The notes beneath the pieces are model-generated. The model was given only the letters and a program-made list of their open reading frames with translations, did not search any database and was not told where the DNA came from. From positions 24,326 through 56,325 of the forward strand of contig CALGBY010000062.1 of NCBI GenBank assembly GCA_937886445.1: 32,000 bases of DNA. The letters are read 5' to 3'. Source of the stretch: an uncultured Clostridia bacterium (GTDB lineage Bacteria; Bacillota; Clostridia; Christensenellales; Aristaeellaceae). Positions 31,112 to 32,000 of this stretch are shown here, in pieces (position 1 is the stretch's first letter; every line of letters starts with the position of its first letter). Made by a program: the position numbers and the translations under genes.

Positions 31112-32000
31112 TTCATCTGCTCCCGGGCAAAGATCATATTTTCGGGAATGGCTTTGAGAATATCATCTTTCTCAGCAATACGGCATGCCGCCGGCACAAG
31201 ATAGATCCCCGTTCCGATATCCAGAGCGGACGCGGCTCCGCCGCTGAGCAGATAGGAGGCACTCTTCACAAACGCGCCCATGCCGATCACGCATCTGGCC
31301 GGAAGTGTTTCTGGAAGCACTTCACGAATGCGAATGATCGTATTTCTTTCTTCCTCACTCAAAGCGCGGGAGGCTTCATTTATTTCTCTGATCACCGCGT
31401 TCTGATCGCAGGACGGGCATGTATCCGGCTCATCCGGGATCATAGAGCGATTCTGCCTGAGCACAAATTCGGGAATACCGCACAGTCCCTTGCCGGCCGC
31501 TTCCTCACAGGCGCTTACCACGATCTGTCCGTAGGGATATTCAGAAAGATAATCGGTGATCAGCAGCTTATAGCCGTTTCCGCCGGCTGCAACAATATCC
31601 GGATAGGACTCCGTATACGCAGCACCAAGCGCTTTACAGAAAGCAACGGCAGCAAGACGGGCGTCATCCTCCGTTTCACATACGATCGCGATATCACGGC
31701 TGACCGTTTTCGCGATCAGCATAGCAAGAGCGAGATTCACATCAGTAACAAAGCCGCACTTATTGAGGTTGCTTTGTATACGCTTTGCTGTCTCACTGAT
31801 CGCGTAAGCATTGCCCTGCGGCGCAGCCAGTACGGAAACGGAACTGAACGCGCTGATTTCAGCTTTCAGTTCATCACGTTTCCTGCAAAGCTCCTTCTCC
31901 TGAAGCAGAAGCTTTTCACTTTCGCTGTTCAGGCGTGTCTGTTCTTCCTTCAGACGCTCAGAAGCTTTTTTGTTCTCATTCCCGATGTTTTCAAGTGCTT
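31108..32000 (-). CDS. Hypothetical protein, N-terminal coiled coil plus unknown C-terminal domain (5' end outside window)
   Basis: The minus-strand frame stays open from the right window edge. My translation of 31998 downward is ALENIGNENKKASERLKEEQTRLNSESEKLLLQEKELCRKRDELKAEI..., continuous with the track ORF, whose GTG 31740 start is probably internal. The stop overlaps the TrmH ATG (ATGA at 31108-31111). Confidence 0.55.
   Translation of the reverse strand, partial: ALENIGNENKKASERLKEEQTRLNSESEKLLLQEKELCRKRDELKAEISAFSSVSVLAAPQGNAYAISETAKRIQSNLNKCGFVTDVNLALAMLIAKTVSRDIAIVCETEDDARLAAVAFCKALGAAYTESYPDIVAAGGNGYKLLITDYLSEYPYGQIVVSACEEAAGKGLCGIPEFVLRQNRSMIPDEPDTCPSCDQNAVIREINEASRALSEEERNTIIRIREVLPETLPARCVIGMGAFVKSASYLLSGGAASALDIGTGIYLVPAACRIAEKDDILKAIPENMIFAREQMK

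Noticed and set aside
1-32000. A scan for CRISPR repeats, IS/transposase or integrase genes, prophage genes, tRNA/rRNA genes and toxin-antitoxin pairs.
   Set aside because: I saw no regularly spaced direct repeats and no recombinase-like ORF. I found no cloverleaf-like sequence in any spacer, and no small paired ORFs other than the sORF/kinase couple. The window looks like conserved core genome rather than an accessory island.

Overview
The window reads as a core housekeeping stretch of a Firmicutes/Clostridia-type chromosome. That assignment is inferred from GGAGG-type ribosome-binding sites, the plsX-acpP-rnc-smc-ftsY gene order and roughly balanced GC judged by eye. Coding density is high and nearly every large ORF has a recognisable family.

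Gene content, left to right:
- A four-gene GldA/GldF/GldG-like ABC cassette with a DUF4340-like protein (1-4263, +).
- A radical SAM enzyme (-).
- A small P-loop kinase (+) convergent with a histidine phosphatase (-).
- A membrane sensor PP2C phosphatase plus an RsbW-like kinase (+).
- The ftsY-smc-rnc-acpP-plsX block (-).
- azlCD (+).
- A PAP2-like membrane protein (-), divergent from a membrane-tethered XRE regulator and a GH39 beta-xylosidase (+).
- asd-dapA-dapB, then greA-lysS-unknown-glnS-gltX and an HPr-like gene (all +).
- A TrmH-family methyltransferase (-), translationally coupled to an unknown protein that runs off the right edge.

I found no rRNA, tRNA, CRISPR array, transposase, integrase, phage gene or recognisable defence gene. 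I cannot honestly point to a clear new multi-gene system.

The observations most worth a second look are:
- LysRS carries a C-terminal Trbp111/MetRS-C-like tRNA-binding domain.
- The PP2C/RsbW partner-switching pair has no STAS antagonist or sigma factor nearby.
- An unannotated 44-codon ORF with a perfect SD overlaps (ATGA) a kinase whose Walker A lysine is glutamate.
- An HPr-like protein lacks the His15 motif.
- The GldG/DUF4340 ABC cassette has no known substrate.
- Two unusually long non-coding spacers lie at 7129-7495 and 18171-18419.

All calls come from reading the translations and motifs by eye. No database search was run.
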